Below, piece by piece: positions 51,001 through 61,454 of a DNA stretch of 64,000 nt (its first letter is position 1; every line of letters begins with the position of its first letter). The notes under the pieces were generated by a model. That model was given only the letters and a program-made list of their open reading frames with translations. It did no database searches and was not told where the DNA came from. The position numbers and the translations under genes are program-made. The stretch lies in the NCBI RefSeq assembly GCF_988243305.1, contig NZ_OZ547136.1, one strand, 5' to 3'.

Positions 51001-54000
51001 CGTACACATTGGTTACCAGGCCTATAGAATCATCCTGCTTTACCGTAAACGTGGCTGTCCCGTCTGCACCTGTCACCGCATAAAGGGAGATTGATGGAGT
51101 ATCCACTCTTGCCGACGTTCCCGCAGCGTTGATTACAGAGATAGTTCTGTTCGACAACTGTACATTCTGGCGATTTGTCGATCCTTCACGTTTGAGAATA
51201 AACGGAACATTTGGTACGACATTTCCCTGCGCATCTTTTGTCACCACGCGAATCACCGCGTCGTCACCTTTTTTCCGTTTTAGTGCGCTGAGGGTTTCGT
51301 CAACTTTGACAAATTGTGTCGCATCGTTCGCTTCAACAATAATGTGGCTGGTCACCGCCACTGGGGTAGCCCGACAACTTAGCAGTCCTATACTGCTTGA
51401 CATGACCTCCGTTCCATCACCCGTTTTTAACGAAACCGCTTTAAAATTAAATGTTTGAGTGTAATAGGCAACAACCGTACTGGAGATATAGGCGCGTGAT
51501 ACAGGCCATCCCGTAACGTCATGTATTGGCACGTAACCTTCATCGGCATACAGTGACTCCAGCTCACTTTCAATCGGGACATATCCTGCACCGCAACCAT
51601 TTACAGATGTGTTGTTCGACTGGTCCGGCGAGAACAGTGACCAGCTCTCTCCATCTTCCTGAAAAGAGCTTCGACTGGTTGTAACGGAAAGCTCATCTTG
51701 CAATAACGGTCTTTTATAAATAAGCCCGCCTGCACCGGTCATCGTTTCGGCCATATGCCCCCAGAATTTTGCTTTAGGGGTATCGGGGCTGGTTATCACC
51801 GTAAAGACTACCGGAAGCATTGATTTTACGTTATTATCTGTATCCAGCATGGCGGTCAGTTCGGTTTTTAAACCCGTGGTATTGTCCTGTTTCAGTGCAA
51901 GTGTTGTCGTACCATCTGCGCCGGTAACGCCATAAATCAGTGCTGTTGTTGAGGAAAAATTACTCTGCGTGTTACCCCAGGCATCCGTCACGATGAGCGC
52001 GCCTGCTGTCACCGTTGTAGACGCATTTGCCCGATTGACGCTAAGGTTACGTTTAAGCGTAAACGCGGTATTTCCCACCGGGTTACCCTGCGAATCTTTA
52101 GTGGTCACGCGAACCACGACTTCTTCCCCTTTTTTCGCTTTGACAACATTATTCGTACTGTCAAATTTTGTGGGGTCCGCAGCCTCAAGAACGATTTGGC
52201 TAGCCTTGACGATCGGCGTCGTCTGGCAGGTAAGCAGTTCTTTTGTGGCCGATGGAATTATCGAACTGGTGCCTGAACTGAGATTGACGGCCTTGAAGTC
52301 ACGCTGTTCCAGACTACTGCTGGCTGTCGTGCTGGTAAGGTAACTTGAGGCGACGGGCCAGCCCTGAACCGTTTTCATCGCATTGCCACGGTTGGCTTCA
52401 TACAATGACTCCAGCCCGGCCTGAGAGGGAACATATTCACTACCACAACCATTAGAGGATGTGCTTGTCGCCTGAGTTTGGGTAAATTGCGCCCAGTCCT
52501 CATTATCTTCTGCAATCGCTGTTCGACCCGACGTACTGGATAACTCTTTCAACAATAATGGGCGTTTAAAGACCGTTCCATCCGCAGCCGTCACCGTTTC
52601 CGGCATATGCCCCCACATTTTCGCTTTATTGCTGTCCGGGCTGGTGACAACGGTAAAAATGGTATCGAGGGTCGCTTTTTTCGTTGTGTCTGAATAGAGC
52701 GCAGCGGTCAGCGACGTTTTTGTGCCATGGGTATCCGGGCGGGTAATAGTGAGAATTTTAGTGCCATCGCTGCCGGTCATCGCGCTGTATGCTGCGGCGG
52801 TATCATTGAGCGAAGTTTCATCCGCCAGGCCACTATTGATCACAACCGGCGCAACCAGCGCATCACCGCTACCGGCAATGTGTTTTTCGTTTGATCGTGT
52901 ATAACCATCGCCACGCTTCAGGGTAAAAGGCATATCACCCAATGGATTGCCCTGAGCATCTTTTACCGTCACCTTCACCTGTAGCGTTTCGCCTTTTTTC
53001 AGCTTCGCCGCATTTGCTGCCGCGTTCCACTGCGCCGGGTCCACCACTTCCAGCGTAATGCTGCTGGCAGGATTGTTAGCCGTCGTCAGGCAACTGACAT
53101 AAACCGCCGTGCTACCGCCAACGGTCCGCGCGCCATCGTTGAGGGCTATGGTGTAGTAATGCGGCACCTGATCCGCGGGCGAACTGCTCCAGTAGGGCTG
53201 ACGCTGCGTTGGCCAACCGTGTACCGTTTGAACGGCGTTACCGCTGTTAGCATCATAGAGCGCGTTAAGCTGGGAACGGCGTGGGAGCATATTGGCACCA
53301 CAGCCACCTTTACTGGTGCTGGAAGTGTTGGCCTGGCTAACGCGCGACCACACTTCGTTATTTTCCGTTAATGTGCCGTCCGGGCTGGACACTTCCGCAG
53401 CCAGCCGGGGTCGGGCAAAGGTTAATGCATCGACGGTAATCGTCTCATCCATATGCCCCCACATCTGCGCGCCAACCGCATCCGGACTGGTGAGCGTAGT
53501 GAAAATCACATTGTAATTAACAGTATTGGGAATATAGGAGTTTACAGGCGCAATATTCAGCGGCGTCGCTAAGCCCACACCTTGCGGTTGCTTAATTTCA
53601 ACAGTAGCAAAACCCTGCGCATCCGTAGTACCTGCATAGACTAAAGACGGTTGCGATGTTCCGTAGAGCGTGCCATTCATCTCGATTGCGCCGCGGGTTG
53701 GATCATCGAAACCCGTGGTCTGCCCCTGACGATTTTTCCCCATATCTTTCGTGATGGTGAACGCGGTATACGGCACGGGCGCATTATTCAAGGCATTAAA
53801 GGTGCGTACCGTCATGGTAATCGTTTCACCCACTTTAGCCTGCGCTCTGCTGCTTGTGGAAACATCATGATCGGTGTTCGCAGCAATCTGGGCGACCATC
53901 TCATTGCCCGAACAAGAAAGGTAGTTTTGCTTAAAGCCGGAATAGGTGTCGATGTTGCCCGTGGCCAGGTTCACCGACGCGTGCGACGTCTCTTCCACCG

Positions 54001-56047
54001 CACTAAGATACGCTTTTTGCAACGTTGGCCAGCCATATTCGGTGCCGATGACATTGGCTGGATGTGCGGCAAACAAACTGTGCAATGAGCTTTGGCTCGG
54101 AATATGACCTAAACCACACTCAGCCTGCATACTGCTATTCTGATCAAACAGCGCCCAGTCTTCGTTATTTTCCCGCACTGCTCCCAGTTCGTTGTCGGTT
54201 TCATCCGCCAGCCGTGGGCGTTTAAAGATATTATTCGCTTCAATAATGCCTAACATATGTCCCCACATCCGCGCTTTGTCGGAATCAGGGCTGGTGATCA
54301 CCGTAAAAATAACGTCTTTCTCATCCGAGGCGGTAAAATCACTGCGCATTTTCGCGGTGATGTGTGTTTTCACCCCCACGCCGCCTGGCTGGGTCAGCGT
54401 CAGAGAGGCCTCTCCGTTAGCATCAGTGATCCCTTCATAGGTATGGGCGTCAACTTTGCGAACGTTACTGCCACCATCAATTTGTACCGGGTGCGTCTCC
54501 CACGCAGCGTCAGTTTGATTCTTACGGTTAACACCGTCATCCAGATGCAGCGAAAAGTAGTAGTAAGCCAGCGGCTGATCGTTGTTCTTGCTATCGGTAA
54601 TCGTCAGGCGTAAAGAAGCCTCTTCCCCCACCTTTACTTTCATCGCTTTTATCGTCGAATCATAACTGCCCGGCGTCAGTACCAGCTTCGGTTCAACATC
54701 GGGCGCTTCTTTATCGACACAGCTCACAATAAACGTCGTATCGTCCGGTTTTTGCGCTTCGCTGCGGTTCGAAACATCCGCCGCATGGTGCTGGCCACTC
54801 ATCCCCGCCAGTGATGACCAGTAGAAATTACCCTGCATCGGCCAACCAGCCACATCCTGCACTGACGTTGGCACCACCGTCGCCAGCGCACCGAACTGAC
54901 GCATTCCGGGCAAAATGTCGCAATGTTTATCCGCGCCGCTCCAGGTAAAGGTGGACCAGGTTTCATTGTGATCGTTAACCGTACCGTTTTCATTATCGAC
55001 TTCCGCCGCCAGTTTTGGTCGACTAAAAGTGTAATCACGGGCCTTCAGCGTATCGGGCATATGACCCCACATTGTAGCCTGCGGGACATCCGGGCTGGTG
55101 AGGACGGTAAAGATCACTGCCGTTTCACTGGCCTGAGCAATACCCGCGAGGCTCGCGACCAACGGCGTTTTTACACCAAGGCCGTTGGCCTGGGTGACCG
55201 TAACCGTGGCAACACCATTCGCATCGGTAGTACCACGATATTCCGTCGCGGTGGTGGTTAATTCGGTCGTGCCCAGTTTTACCGGCGCAGTATTGTTCAC
55301 TACACCCTGGCGGTTTTCAGCATCTTTGCGTTTGATAACAAAAGGAATATTCCCCACAACATTACCGACGCAATCTTTGGTGGTGACCGTTAACGTGATA
55401 CTGCCGCCAACCGTCGTTTTCGCCGCACCGGAGGATTCGTCATAGCCCGCGGCGCTGACGGAAATAAGGTCACCCTGCGCGGGCGCAATCTTCAGCGTCA
55501 CTTTCTGATCGGCGAGCGTCAGAACACTTTCATAGGGATAGCCCGTCGAGGTGAGTAAATATAACAGCGGCATGGTCTGTTGGGGATCAGGCTGCGCCCA
55601 GGCGACCAGCGAACGCCCGGCAAGTCCCTGAGCGCAAAACGAGCGATCTGCGACTGGCTGTGGGTCCAGTAAGGTGTCCGGCGTCGCGGCATCCGCCCAA
55701 ACTAAAGATACTGTCGGTGGCGTTTGGTTTTCCCAACGTGGGGTGGAAATGATATCGCCTTCTCTGTCTTGCGGATTGGTGACGAGCAATTTAGAGACGC
55801 TAATATCCGCGCTGAATTCACTCGGTTTAGCGGTAAACGCTACCTCATGCGTCTTTGCAGGATCCAGAAAGACACTGCCCTGGTAGACGGGTATGCTGGC
55901 ACTGTCGGCGGTGGGCACGGTACCGTTAAATTCGCCGACCGTATCTGAAGAGTCTTGCCATGCAGATTCTGCCCATGACCGCCCAGGCAGCATTGCGCTT
56001 ATCAGCAATGCGCATAACACAAGGATTTTATTCAGGGTCAGGGACAT
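48005..56047 (-). CDS. giant repetitive surface protein, RatA/RatB-like (Ig-like plus lectin-like repeat modules); CS54-like island
   Basis: 2680-aa uninterrupted ORF with a signal peptide and nine repeats each containing (I/V)FTV(I/L)TSPD...(M/Y/F)WGHM...RP.L...NE.W...CG...L..LY...GWP....YW; no frameshifts seen. Confidence 0.8.
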   Translation of the reverse strand: MSLTLNKILVLCALLISAMLPGRSWAESAWQDSSDTVGEFNGTVPTADSASIPVYQGSVFLDPAKTHEVAFTAKPSEFSADISVSKLLVTNPQDREGDIISTPRWENQTPPTVSLVWADAATPDTLLDPQPVADRSFCAQGLAGRSLVAWAQPDPQQTMPLLYLLTSTGYPYESVLTLADQKVTLKIAPAQGDLISVSAAGYDESSGAAKTTVGGSITLTVTTKDCVGNVVGNIPFVIKRKDAENRQGVVNNTAPVKLGTTELTTTATEYRGTTDANGVATVTVTQANGLGVKTPLVASLAGIAQASETAVIFTVLTSPDVPQATMWGHMPDTLKARDYTFSRPKLAAEVDNENGTVNDHNETWSTFTWSGADKHCDILPGMRQFGALATVVPTSVQDVAGWPMQGNFYWSSLAGMSGQHHAADVSNRSEAQKPDDTTFIVSCVDKEAPDVEPKLVLTPGSYDSTIKAMKVKVGEEASLRLTITDSKNNDQPLAYYYFSLHLDDGVNRKNQTDAAWETHPVQIDGGSNVRKVDAHTYEGITDANGEASLTLTQPGGVGVKTHITAKMRSDFTASDEKDVIFTVITSPDSDKARMWGHMLGIIEANNIFKRPRLADETDNELGAVRENNEDWALFDQNSSMQAECGLGHIPSQSSLHSLFAAHPANVIGTEYGWPTLQKAYLSAVEETSHASVNLATGNIDTYSGFKQNYLSCSGNEMVAQIAANTDHDVSTSSRAQAKVGETITMTVRTFNALNNAPVPYTAFTITKDMGKNRQGQTTGFDDPTRGAIEMNGTLYGTSQPSLVYAGTTDAQGFATVEIKQPQGVGLATPLNIAPVNSYIPNTVNYNVIFTTLTSPDAVGAQMWGHMDETITVDALTFARPRLAAEVSSPDGTLTENNEVWSRVSQANTSSTSKGGCGANMLPRRSQLNALYDANSGNAVQTVHGWPTQRQPYWSSSPADQVPHYYTIALNDGARTVGGSTAVYVSCLTTANNPASSITLEVVDPAQWNAAANAAKLKKGETLQVKVTVKDAQGNPLGDMPFTLKRGDGYTRSNEKHIAGSGDALVAPVVINSGLADETSLNDTAAAYSAMTGSDGTKILTITRPDTHGTKTSLTAALYSDTTKKATLDTIFTVVTSPDSNKAKMWGHMPETVTAADGTVFKRPLLLKELSSTSGRTAIAEDNEDWAQFTQTQATSTSSNGCGSEYVPSQAGLESLYEANRGNAMKTVQGWPVASSYLTSTTASSSLEQRDFKAVNLSSGTSSIIPSATKELLTCQTTPIVKASQIVLEAADPTKFDSTNNVVKAKKGEEVVVRVTTKDSQGNPVGNTAFTLKRNLSVNRANASTTVTAGALIVTDAWGNTQSNFSSTTALIYGVTGADGTTTLALKQDNTTGLKTELTAMLDTDNNVKSMLPVVFTVITSPDTPKAKFWGHMAETMTGAGGLIYKRPLLQDELSVTTSRSSFQEDGESWSLFSPDQSNNTSVNGCGAGYVPIESELESLYADEGYVPIHDVTGWPVSRAYISSTVVAYYTQTFNFKAVSLKTGDGTEVMSSSIGLLSCRATPVAVTSHIIVEANDATQFVKVDETLSALKRKKGDDAVIRVVTKDAQGNVVPNVPFILKREGSTNRQNVQLSNRTISVINAAGTSARVDTPSISLYAVTGADGTATFTVKQDDSIGLVTNVYAQAYQSSLESNKLPVMFTVITSPDTPLASYWGHMAETFTTRSGTAFKRPLLSAERSSGQSFIEDNEEWAVLRSATKGDIDKSGCDVHYQPLLSELQALYDEHPSRAIKTDLGIPVNSYWWAYDMVAYAGNWYDQYIYLLNGSSGRASSTTSALMLCLVNPHPEAASIEMTSTAEDATKTASNDGRPSATAKKGEVIPMTVTVRDSAGNPLPGASFNLKRGTALNRAKAAYDASADDLTIIPVEPTGVTSILYGDGTQALLKTGSDGKATFEVSQNSSYGLSTPLSAELMRDTSKSVTLDVIFTVITSPDSPKAKYWGHMPETFTSSAGVTFKRPLLAAEATTGSSVNGNNETWSYIYSTQKATADCSLEYQPRLSELQGLYDDHPNGALTKDLGLPIASGNWWIYELLNSNGSSWYYQVFNLSTGRASSALSPVALMLCLAQPHSKPSSVTLTSVAFDETKTASNGGTPSASAKKGETIPLVVTVKDQNGNLVSGEGVTLQRAQAKSRSGIRPSSLADDLIVDVVTPTATRISFAQDTAKWLGFTGSDGTVTFNVTQNATTGLATPFTVSLAQDPQITSNLDLIFTVVTSPDAQDADYWGHMPETVTAANGTVFERPKLWKELPSTSGVNKTNNNNEDWPYFSSTTKANASLSPCEEARQPLLSDMKSLYQRYPNNTLTTETGWSVYYYWWAQDKTTDGKNQSLNMKDGTTTLNGNAAYQACLVSARATVSSVTLTSTAFDAAIQAAKVKKGEAMPVTVTVKDSAGNTVPNVEFTLKRGDASPRNAGATLYGDVVAMDDLIVQPLSGSAVTLSESGNTISGMTGADGTASFTLRQDNTPGYKTPLTVTLANYASATDTLDAIFTVPTSPNVSSAHFWGHMADTVVVNGKSLHRPLLTTELPSGANPVSSPIINYENWASAHIIDASKWDIARQCGSIENAPTYNELELLHTVFNSLGWPSSPSFPYLSSQQCGMDEGTGAQDCSITLMNKPGLVTCFQ
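48100..55700 (-). repeat. intragenic tandem repeat array, about 9 units of roughly 0.80-0.86 kb
   Basis: Plus-strand string catatgNcccca (reverse complement of the WGHM codons) recurs at about 48362, 49196, 50045, 50900, 51752, 52604, 53450, 54254 and 55057, giving spacings of 803-855 bp, all multiples of 3. Confidence 0.8.
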
Positions 56048-56167
56048 GACAGAAACTCCACCGGTTGTTAAACGGACGCTTGTCGCATCAACATATTTTG
56101 CTTAATCCGGGATTAAGCAAAATATGCGGAAACAGCATTCCCTTGCGGGAATGCTGCTGAGTACGCG

Positions 56168-57145
56168 TTATTTGTGTTTGTAAATAATGTGAAGTTTGTA
56201 CCCCTGTACCCCGTCGCCGTTGGTCGGGATGGTAAGAGCTTCTTTACCATCGCGCGCAGGGCCGTTAAGGTTGGTTCTGGCGTCTTCGTTGGTCGCAGGG
56301 ATGACCAGATTGTTATTATCGAAGCTTGAGTTAACGATACCACCCGAGGTGCCGAGCTGTTGGCTACTCCCAGAAAGTACCCAACGGAAATCATAATTGG
56401 CGGTAACGTCAGCATCGGTACCCGCATCAAACTTGCCGTTTTTGTTCTCATCCGAGTACAGTTTGGCCACGTAGGTTTTGCCAAGTTCGATTGGCGTGCT
56501 GCCGTTGATAAGGTTGATACTGGTACCATCAACAAAGATGGCGACTTTCAGGTTCTGGTTAACCACCGGCCCTGGCGCAACGTTGTCGCTGTCGCTTCCG
56601 CCGCCGCTGGCAGTGGAAATGTCATAAAGATGCAGCGCAGTCCCGACGTTTGGCGTACCGGTCTGCGTGGTTGGCGTAATTTCAATACCGATATAACGAC
56701 CACGGTCGTCATCGGTAAGAGTGTAACTGGTCACCTTCGTTGCCAGCTCTTTTGGATCGTTACCCTGAGCGTCCTTGTAGCTCATCCAGCGGATAGTATC
56801 GATAGTTTTCGCGTTATCGCCCAATACCCCAAGATCCACGTCGCCTTCGGTATCACCAATTTCCCAACTTACGGTTAATTTATCACCCGAGTAAAGACGC
56901 TTGTCCGTTTCACTGCCTGTCGGGCGAGCGCCTTTTAGATCAGAAGTCAACGTTACATGGTCGGCATCTGTCGTAGCGCTTCCCCCTTCCGAATAGAGCC
57001 ACGGAATGGTTCCCTGGAAAATATTGGTTTCGCCGCTGTCGACCCAGGCGCTTTCTTCCGCCAGCGCCACAGGTGCCACACAATAACCTGCCAGTGCCAG
57101 CGCCAATGCGATCCGGGTCAGACCGCGTCTTTTATCCTGCTTCAT
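56168..57145 (-). CDS. SinI-like secreted protein (paralogous to the SinH passenger C-terminus)
   Basis: 325-aa ORF with a signal peptide; C-terminus LVIPATNEDARTNLNGPARDGKEALTIPTNGDGVQGYKLHIIYKHK parallels the SinH-like C-terminus; N-terminal motif EESAWVDSGETNIFQGTIP resembles the start of the giant protein. Confidence 0.65.
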   Translation of the reverse strand: MKQDKRRGLTRIALALALAGYCVAPVALAEESAWVDSGETNIFQGTIPWLYSEGGSATTDADHVTLTSDLKGARPTGSETDKRLYSGDKLTVSWEIGDTEGDVDLGVLGDNAKTIDTIRWMSYKDAQGNDPKELATKVTSYTLTDDDRGRYIGIEITPTTQTGTPNVGTALHLYDISTASGGGSDSDNVAPGPVVNQNLKVAIFVDGTSINLINGSTPIELGKTYVAKLYSDENKNGKFDAGTDADVTANYDFRWVLSGSSQQLGTSGGIVNSSFDNNNLVIPATNEDARTNLNGPARDGKEALTIPTNGDGVQGYKLHIIYKHK

Positions 57146-57199
57146 TGATGCTCTCCTTAATGAACCTTCAGCGACTGGCCGACTGGCCTTACGCCAATC

Positions 57200-59407
57200 T
57201 TATTTTTTGGTATACAGCACGCGTAAACCGTATCCCTGCAAGCCATCTCCCGCTTGTGCGCCATAGGTTTGCGCTGCTTCGCGGTTAGTGGCCGGAATCA
57301 CAATGTCCTCATTGGAAGTGTTCGCCTGTGCACCCACTTCACCATTGATGCTCTTGCCGGTAAATTCCCACTTGTAGTCGTACTGCGCCATCTCTTCGTC
57401 AGTCAGTTTTTCGACCTGCTGGAAGACACCGTCTTTATTGCTGTCACGCCACAAAACAAATCGATAAGTGTTGTTGAGCGGCAGCGGTTCTTTATCTTTA
57501 CCTATCAGGTTGCTGGGTTTAGCTGCCCCCACACGATAGATAAATGCATTTAGCCCACCAATTTCTGCCCCGAGGAAAGTGACATCCACATAGTTACTGT
57601 CGTCGTAGGGCGCAGCTTTTGCTTTCCAGCGATAGGTGCCGGGTAAGGTACTGGAGAGGGTGACAGTGCCCTTTTCTTTATCTTGTTTAGCGATAAAAAC
57701 GCAGGGGTTGTCGGTCGAGCAAGGCTTGTTGGTTAACGTCACTCGTTTGTCCTGCGCGTCGTAAAGCTGCGGCGTGAGGTTATCTTCCGGCAGCGCATCG
57801 CCATTGCGGTCGGTGTTATCGCCAAAGCTGTCGGTTACATCGAGATCCATCACCACACCATCAACGCCATCTGCCTGAGCGCTGGCTTCGTGGCTGTGGT
57901 TGTTCTCTTCCGGCACGTTCGCGATGTTATTAACAATCAACTCTATTTTACGGTCCTGCTGAACGGTGATTTCCACCACGCCAGAGTTCTGTCGGTTGCC
58001 CTTTTCATCTTCCAGTGCCAGACGTACTCGCCAGGTATTGAGTTTTTCTTGTTCGGCTTTGTCAGAGCTGTACTGCCAGGCGGGCAGCACCAGGTTCCAG
58101 TGGTTATTGTTACCCTCTGTCAGGGTATTCTCTTTGATAACCGGCATAACCAACGTGCGGGCAGCATTGTTTTTCGCCTGCCATGACGCAGCGACAATTT
58201 TGTAGTGGTGGTTGATAAGCGCGTTAATGGTCCACTTACATTTTTCCAGCCCGACGGCCGCTTCGGGAGTGTCCTTAATGACGCACTCAGGGTGCTCGTT
58301 GGTGGCATCCGCTTTTAACCACAGGGTGACATCAAGCGGATCTTTTTCTTTGTATTCCAGAACAATAAAGTTATTACGCTCAACAAAATCATGACGACTG
58401 CCCATCAACGAGTGAGCCGCTTTCACTTTATCGCTATCCAATTGATCTTTTAGCGGAACGCCGAACTGATAATTAAGAGTGGCATTAATGCTGACATCGC
58501 TGTTATCTCCGGTCCCCGCTTTATAGTCCGCCCCAACGGTTAGTAATGGCACCGGTTGATAATTCAGTCCAAGTGTTACCGCGTAGGGATCTTTCTCCAA
58601 ATTATCCGTACCAAAAAGGGCGACTTCATCGCCGTAATATTGCTCGAAGACAACTTTGCCCCCCAGTTGCGGATAAGAAGGTAACCAGGCTTCGGCACGA
58701 ATATCCCAGCCGCGCGCAGGGCGTTCTTCATAAAAGCCGAAATCTTCAGAGTCTTTCCAGTCAGAAAGCGGATGATAATAGTTGCCAGAGAATTTTAAAT
58801 AATCAGTCCACGCTTCGCCGCCTAAACCTAAACGGCGATGTCCTCGGGTAAAATCATAATCATAAAATACATTTCCACCCAATAACCATTCATTAAAATT
58901 ATGTCTTACCCCAAGACCAATATTCCCGATTGTACGATCTTCTTTTCGTTGCGCAGAAAATTGACTGAAATAAACAGTGGTTTGATTATCGTACCAGGGA
59001 ACAAAATAATCGATGGAACTGCCATCCAGATCGCCGCCCTGGCCAATGGAGAGGTTCGAACGGACCTTACCGTAGGGAGAGAGAGTGTCTTCAATATAAG
59101 ATTGTGCGGTTGAGATGATTTGACTTTGCAGATAGCTTCTGGCCTGAGATTCCAGCGCCTCAGGGGTCAAGTTTTCAAACCCTTGCGTGGCGGAGTTGAT
59201 GACGTAATCGGCTCCGCGCTCTTTCAGCGATTTACCCTTGTTGGTTTGTTCATCCCGCTGTGCTGCCTGGCTACCTAAATCAGGTAACGATTCGTTTTGC
59301 TTAACATTTATCTCTGGTGCCGCGAAAGCAGCACCAGAGATAAATGTTAGAATAATACAGCGTTTCCATCGCAGCATGCACTTTCCCTGTGACAATGATA
59401 CAGTCAA
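57200..59407 (-). CDS. intimin/invasin-family inverse autotransporter, SinH-like
   Basis: 735-aa ORF; probable start at the internal Met (MLRWKRCIILTFISGAAFA signal peptide); N-terminal half has alternating beta-strand patterns typical of the intimin/invasin barrel (GLGVRHNF, LNYQPVPLLTVGADYK), followed by a passenger domain. Confidence 0.75.
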   Translation of the reverse strand: MTVSLSQGKCMLRWKRCIILTFISGAAFAAPEINVKQNESLPDLGSQAAQRDEQTNKGKSLKERGADYVINSATQGFENLTPEALESQARSYLQSQIISTAQSYIEDTLSPYGKVRSNLSIGQGGDLDGSSIDYFVPWYDNQTTVYFSQFSAQRKEDRTIGNIGLGVRHNFNEWLLGGNVFYDYDFTRGHRRLGLGGEAWTDYLKFSGNYYHPLSDWKDSEDFGFYEERPARGWDIRAEAWLPSYPQLGGKVVFEQYYGDEVALFGTDNLEKDPYAVTLGLNYQPVPLLTVGADYKAGTGDNSDVSINATLNYQFGVPLKDQLDSDKVKAAHSLMGSRHDFVERNNFIVLEYKEKDPLDVTLWLKADATNEHPECVIKDTPEAAVGLEKCKWTINALINHHYKIVAASWQAKNNAARTLVMPVIKENTLTEGNNNHWNLVLPAWQYSSDKAEQEKLNTWRVRLALEDEKGNRQNSGVVEITVQQDRKIELIVNNIANVPEENNHSHEASAQADGVDGVVMDLDVTDSFGDNTDRNGDALPEDNLTPQLYDAQDKRVTLTNKPCSTDNPCVFIAKQDKEKGTVTLSSTLPGTYRWKAKAAPYDDSNYVDVTFLGAEIGGLNAFIYRVGAAKPSNLIGKDKEPLPLNNTYRFVLWRDSNKDGVFQQVEKLTDEEMAQYDYKWEFTGKSINGEVGAQANTSNEDIVIPATNREAAQTYGAQAGDGLQGYGLRVLYTKK

Positions 59408-59586
59408 AAATAAGCTTTAATATTGTATCCCTGATTATTCAGAAAGGCATGTCATAAAGAATAAATATATTCTTAATTATTTAAATTAGTGATTTCACTC
59501 AATTACATTAGTTATTCCACTAATAACAGATTGTTTTACCATTCACATATTAAATATAAATGATAAAACAATATATTCACATGATA

Positions 59587-59802
59587 TTAAGCAATAACAA
59601 ATTCAACGCGTTTTTTAGATATTAAACCGTGCCCATGTTGGCAAAAATAGTCCACAGCACCACAAGCTTTTAACACTTGTAACGGCTGATGACACTCAGG
59701 GCAAAGTGCCTGGACGGTAAAGTCTTTGTCGCAAGTTGCACAGTGGGCAGTCTCGCCATTGCGTTCGAGAGGGGTTTTGCAGATTGGACAGTTGAGTGCC
59801 AT
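59587..59802 (-). CDS. yfgJ: zinc-ribbon protein YfgJ
   Basis: 71-aa ORF with two CxxC pairs (CPIC...CATC and CPEC...CQHGH). Confidence 0.8.
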   Translation of the reverse strand: MALNCPICKTPLERNGETAHCATCDKDFTVQALCPECHQPLQVLKACGAVDYFCQHGHGLISKKRVEFVIA

Positions 59803-59864
59803 AAATACTCCTCGCGTGTTATTCGGTTTCCCTCTCCGTGTGGAAAGGGAAACCAGATAAGTGA

Positions 59865-61337
59865 TTACTTACTTTTCTTGATATGCTTCATCAGGCGCTT
59901 ACGCTTGCGCATCTGGGTTGGCGTCAGGGTATTACGCTTGTTCGCATACGGGTTTTCCCCTTCTTTGAACTGAATACGAATCGGCGATCCCATTACGTCC
60001 AGCGATTTGCGGAAGTAGTTCATCAGGTAACGCTTGTAGGAATCAGGCAGGTCTTTCACCTGGTTACCATGAATCACCACAATCGGCGGGTTATAACCAC
60101 CGGCGTGGGCATATTTCAGCTTCACACGACGACCGCGTACCAGCGGCGGTTGGTGATCTTCAACAGCCATCGTCATGATGCGCGTCAGCATAGAGGTCCC
60201 CACACGACGGGTGGAGCTGTCATACGCTTCACGCACTGATTCAAACAAGTTACCAACACCACTGCCGTGCAAGGCAGAGATAAAGTGCACACGAGCAAAA
60301 TCGATAAAGCCCAGACGGAAGTCCAGCGTTTCTTTCACCTGCTCTTTCACTTCCTGGCTCAGGCCATCCCACTTATTCACCACAATGACAAGTGAGCGCC
60401 CACTATTGAGAATAAAGCCCAGCAGGGAGAGATCCTGATCGGAAATACCTTCGCGGGCGTCAATCACCAACATCACCACGTTGGCATCTTCAATGGCCTG
60501 CAACGTTTTGATTACCGAGAATTTCTCTACAGCATCGGTGATTTTGCCACGTTTACGTACGCCAGCGGTGTCAATGAGCACATACTCACGTCCATCGCGT
60601 TCCATTGGAATGTAGATACTGTCACGCGTCGTACCAGGCATGTCATAAACAACAACGCGCTCTTCACCAAGAATACGGTTAGTGAGTGTAGACTTACCTA
60701 CGTTCGGACGACCCACAATCGCCAGTTTGATCGGCAGACTTTGCGGGTCGAAGTCGTCTTCCTCTTCTTCTTCGCCGTTTTCTTCTGCTTCAAATTGCGC
60801 CCAGTATTCGGCGTCTTCGTCGACTTCTTCTTGCGGTGCGAGATCTTCCATCCACGGCAGCAGCACGTGCTCCAGCAGACTTAATACGCCACGACCGTGA
60901 GACGCGGCGATCGGGTAGATTTCCCCTAAACCAAGCGAGTAGAAATCAACCACTGCCTGATCGGGATCCAGACCGTCAGTTTTGTTTGCCACCAGGAAGG
61001 TCGGTTTTTCACGGGAGCGCAGATGTTTAGCAATCGCTTCATCCGCCGGCATCAGGCCCGCGCGCGCATCCACCATAAACAGTACGACGTCCGCTTCTTC
61101 AATCGCCAGCAGCGACTGTTCCGCCATGCGGGTTTCTACACCGTCTTCTGTGCCATCAATCCCGCCGGTATCAATGCAGATAAACTCACGGCCTTCAATT
61201 TCTGCACGACCGTACTTACGGTCACGAGTCAGACCCGGGAAATCCGCAACCAGCGCATCTCGGGTGCGAGTTAGACGGTTAAATAACGTGGATTTTCCTA
61301 CGTTAGGGCGCCCGACAAGCGCGACCACAGGTACCAT
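59865..61337 (-). CDS. der: ribosome-associated GTPase Der (EngA), tandem GTPase domains
   Basis: ORF 59865..61376; start at the internal Met ([17 protein letters not shown]); two G1 motifs GRPNVGKS plus a KH-like C-terminus; 490 aa. Confidence 0.9.
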   Translation of the reverse strand: MVPVVALVGRPNVGKSTLFNRLTRTRDALVADFPGLTRDRKYGRAEIEGREFICIDTGGIDGTEDGVETRMAEQSLLAIEEADVVLFMVDARAGLMPADEAIAKHLRSREKPTFLVANKTDGLDPDQAVVDFYSLGLGEIYPIAASHGRGVLSLLEHVLLPWMEDLAPQEEVDEDAEYWAQFEAEENGEEEEEDDFDPQSLPIKLAIVGRPNVGKSTLTNRILGEERVVVYDMPGTTRDSIYIPMERDGREYVLIDTAGVRKRGKITDAVEKFSVIKTLQAIEDANVVMLVIDAREGISDQDLSLLGFILNSGRSLVIVVNKWDGLSQEVKEQVKETLDFRLGFIDFARVHFISALHGSGVGNLFESVREAYDSSTRRVGTSMLTRIMTMAVEDHQPPLVRGRRVKLKYAHAGGYNPPIVVIHGNQVKDLPDSYKRYLMNYFRKSLDVMGSPIRIQFKEGENPYANKRNTLTPTQMRKRKRLMKHIKKSK

Positions 61338-61454
61338 GTTTAAAGCCTCATTTTTATAAATCATCAGACAACGCACGCTATATTCGTGTCGTTGTTAAAA
61401 ACAGGAAAACGGCCCCTGTCCAGGAGCCGTTTTCAAAGTGAACGACAGAGACGA

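Noticed and set aside
48365-56105. Many 60-145 aa plus-strand ORFs inside the 2680-aa gene
   Set aside because: The minus-strand frame is uninterrupted for 8 kb with a coherent repeat structure; the plus-strand ORFs are short, overlapping and recur with the repeat period, as expected for antisense artefacts.
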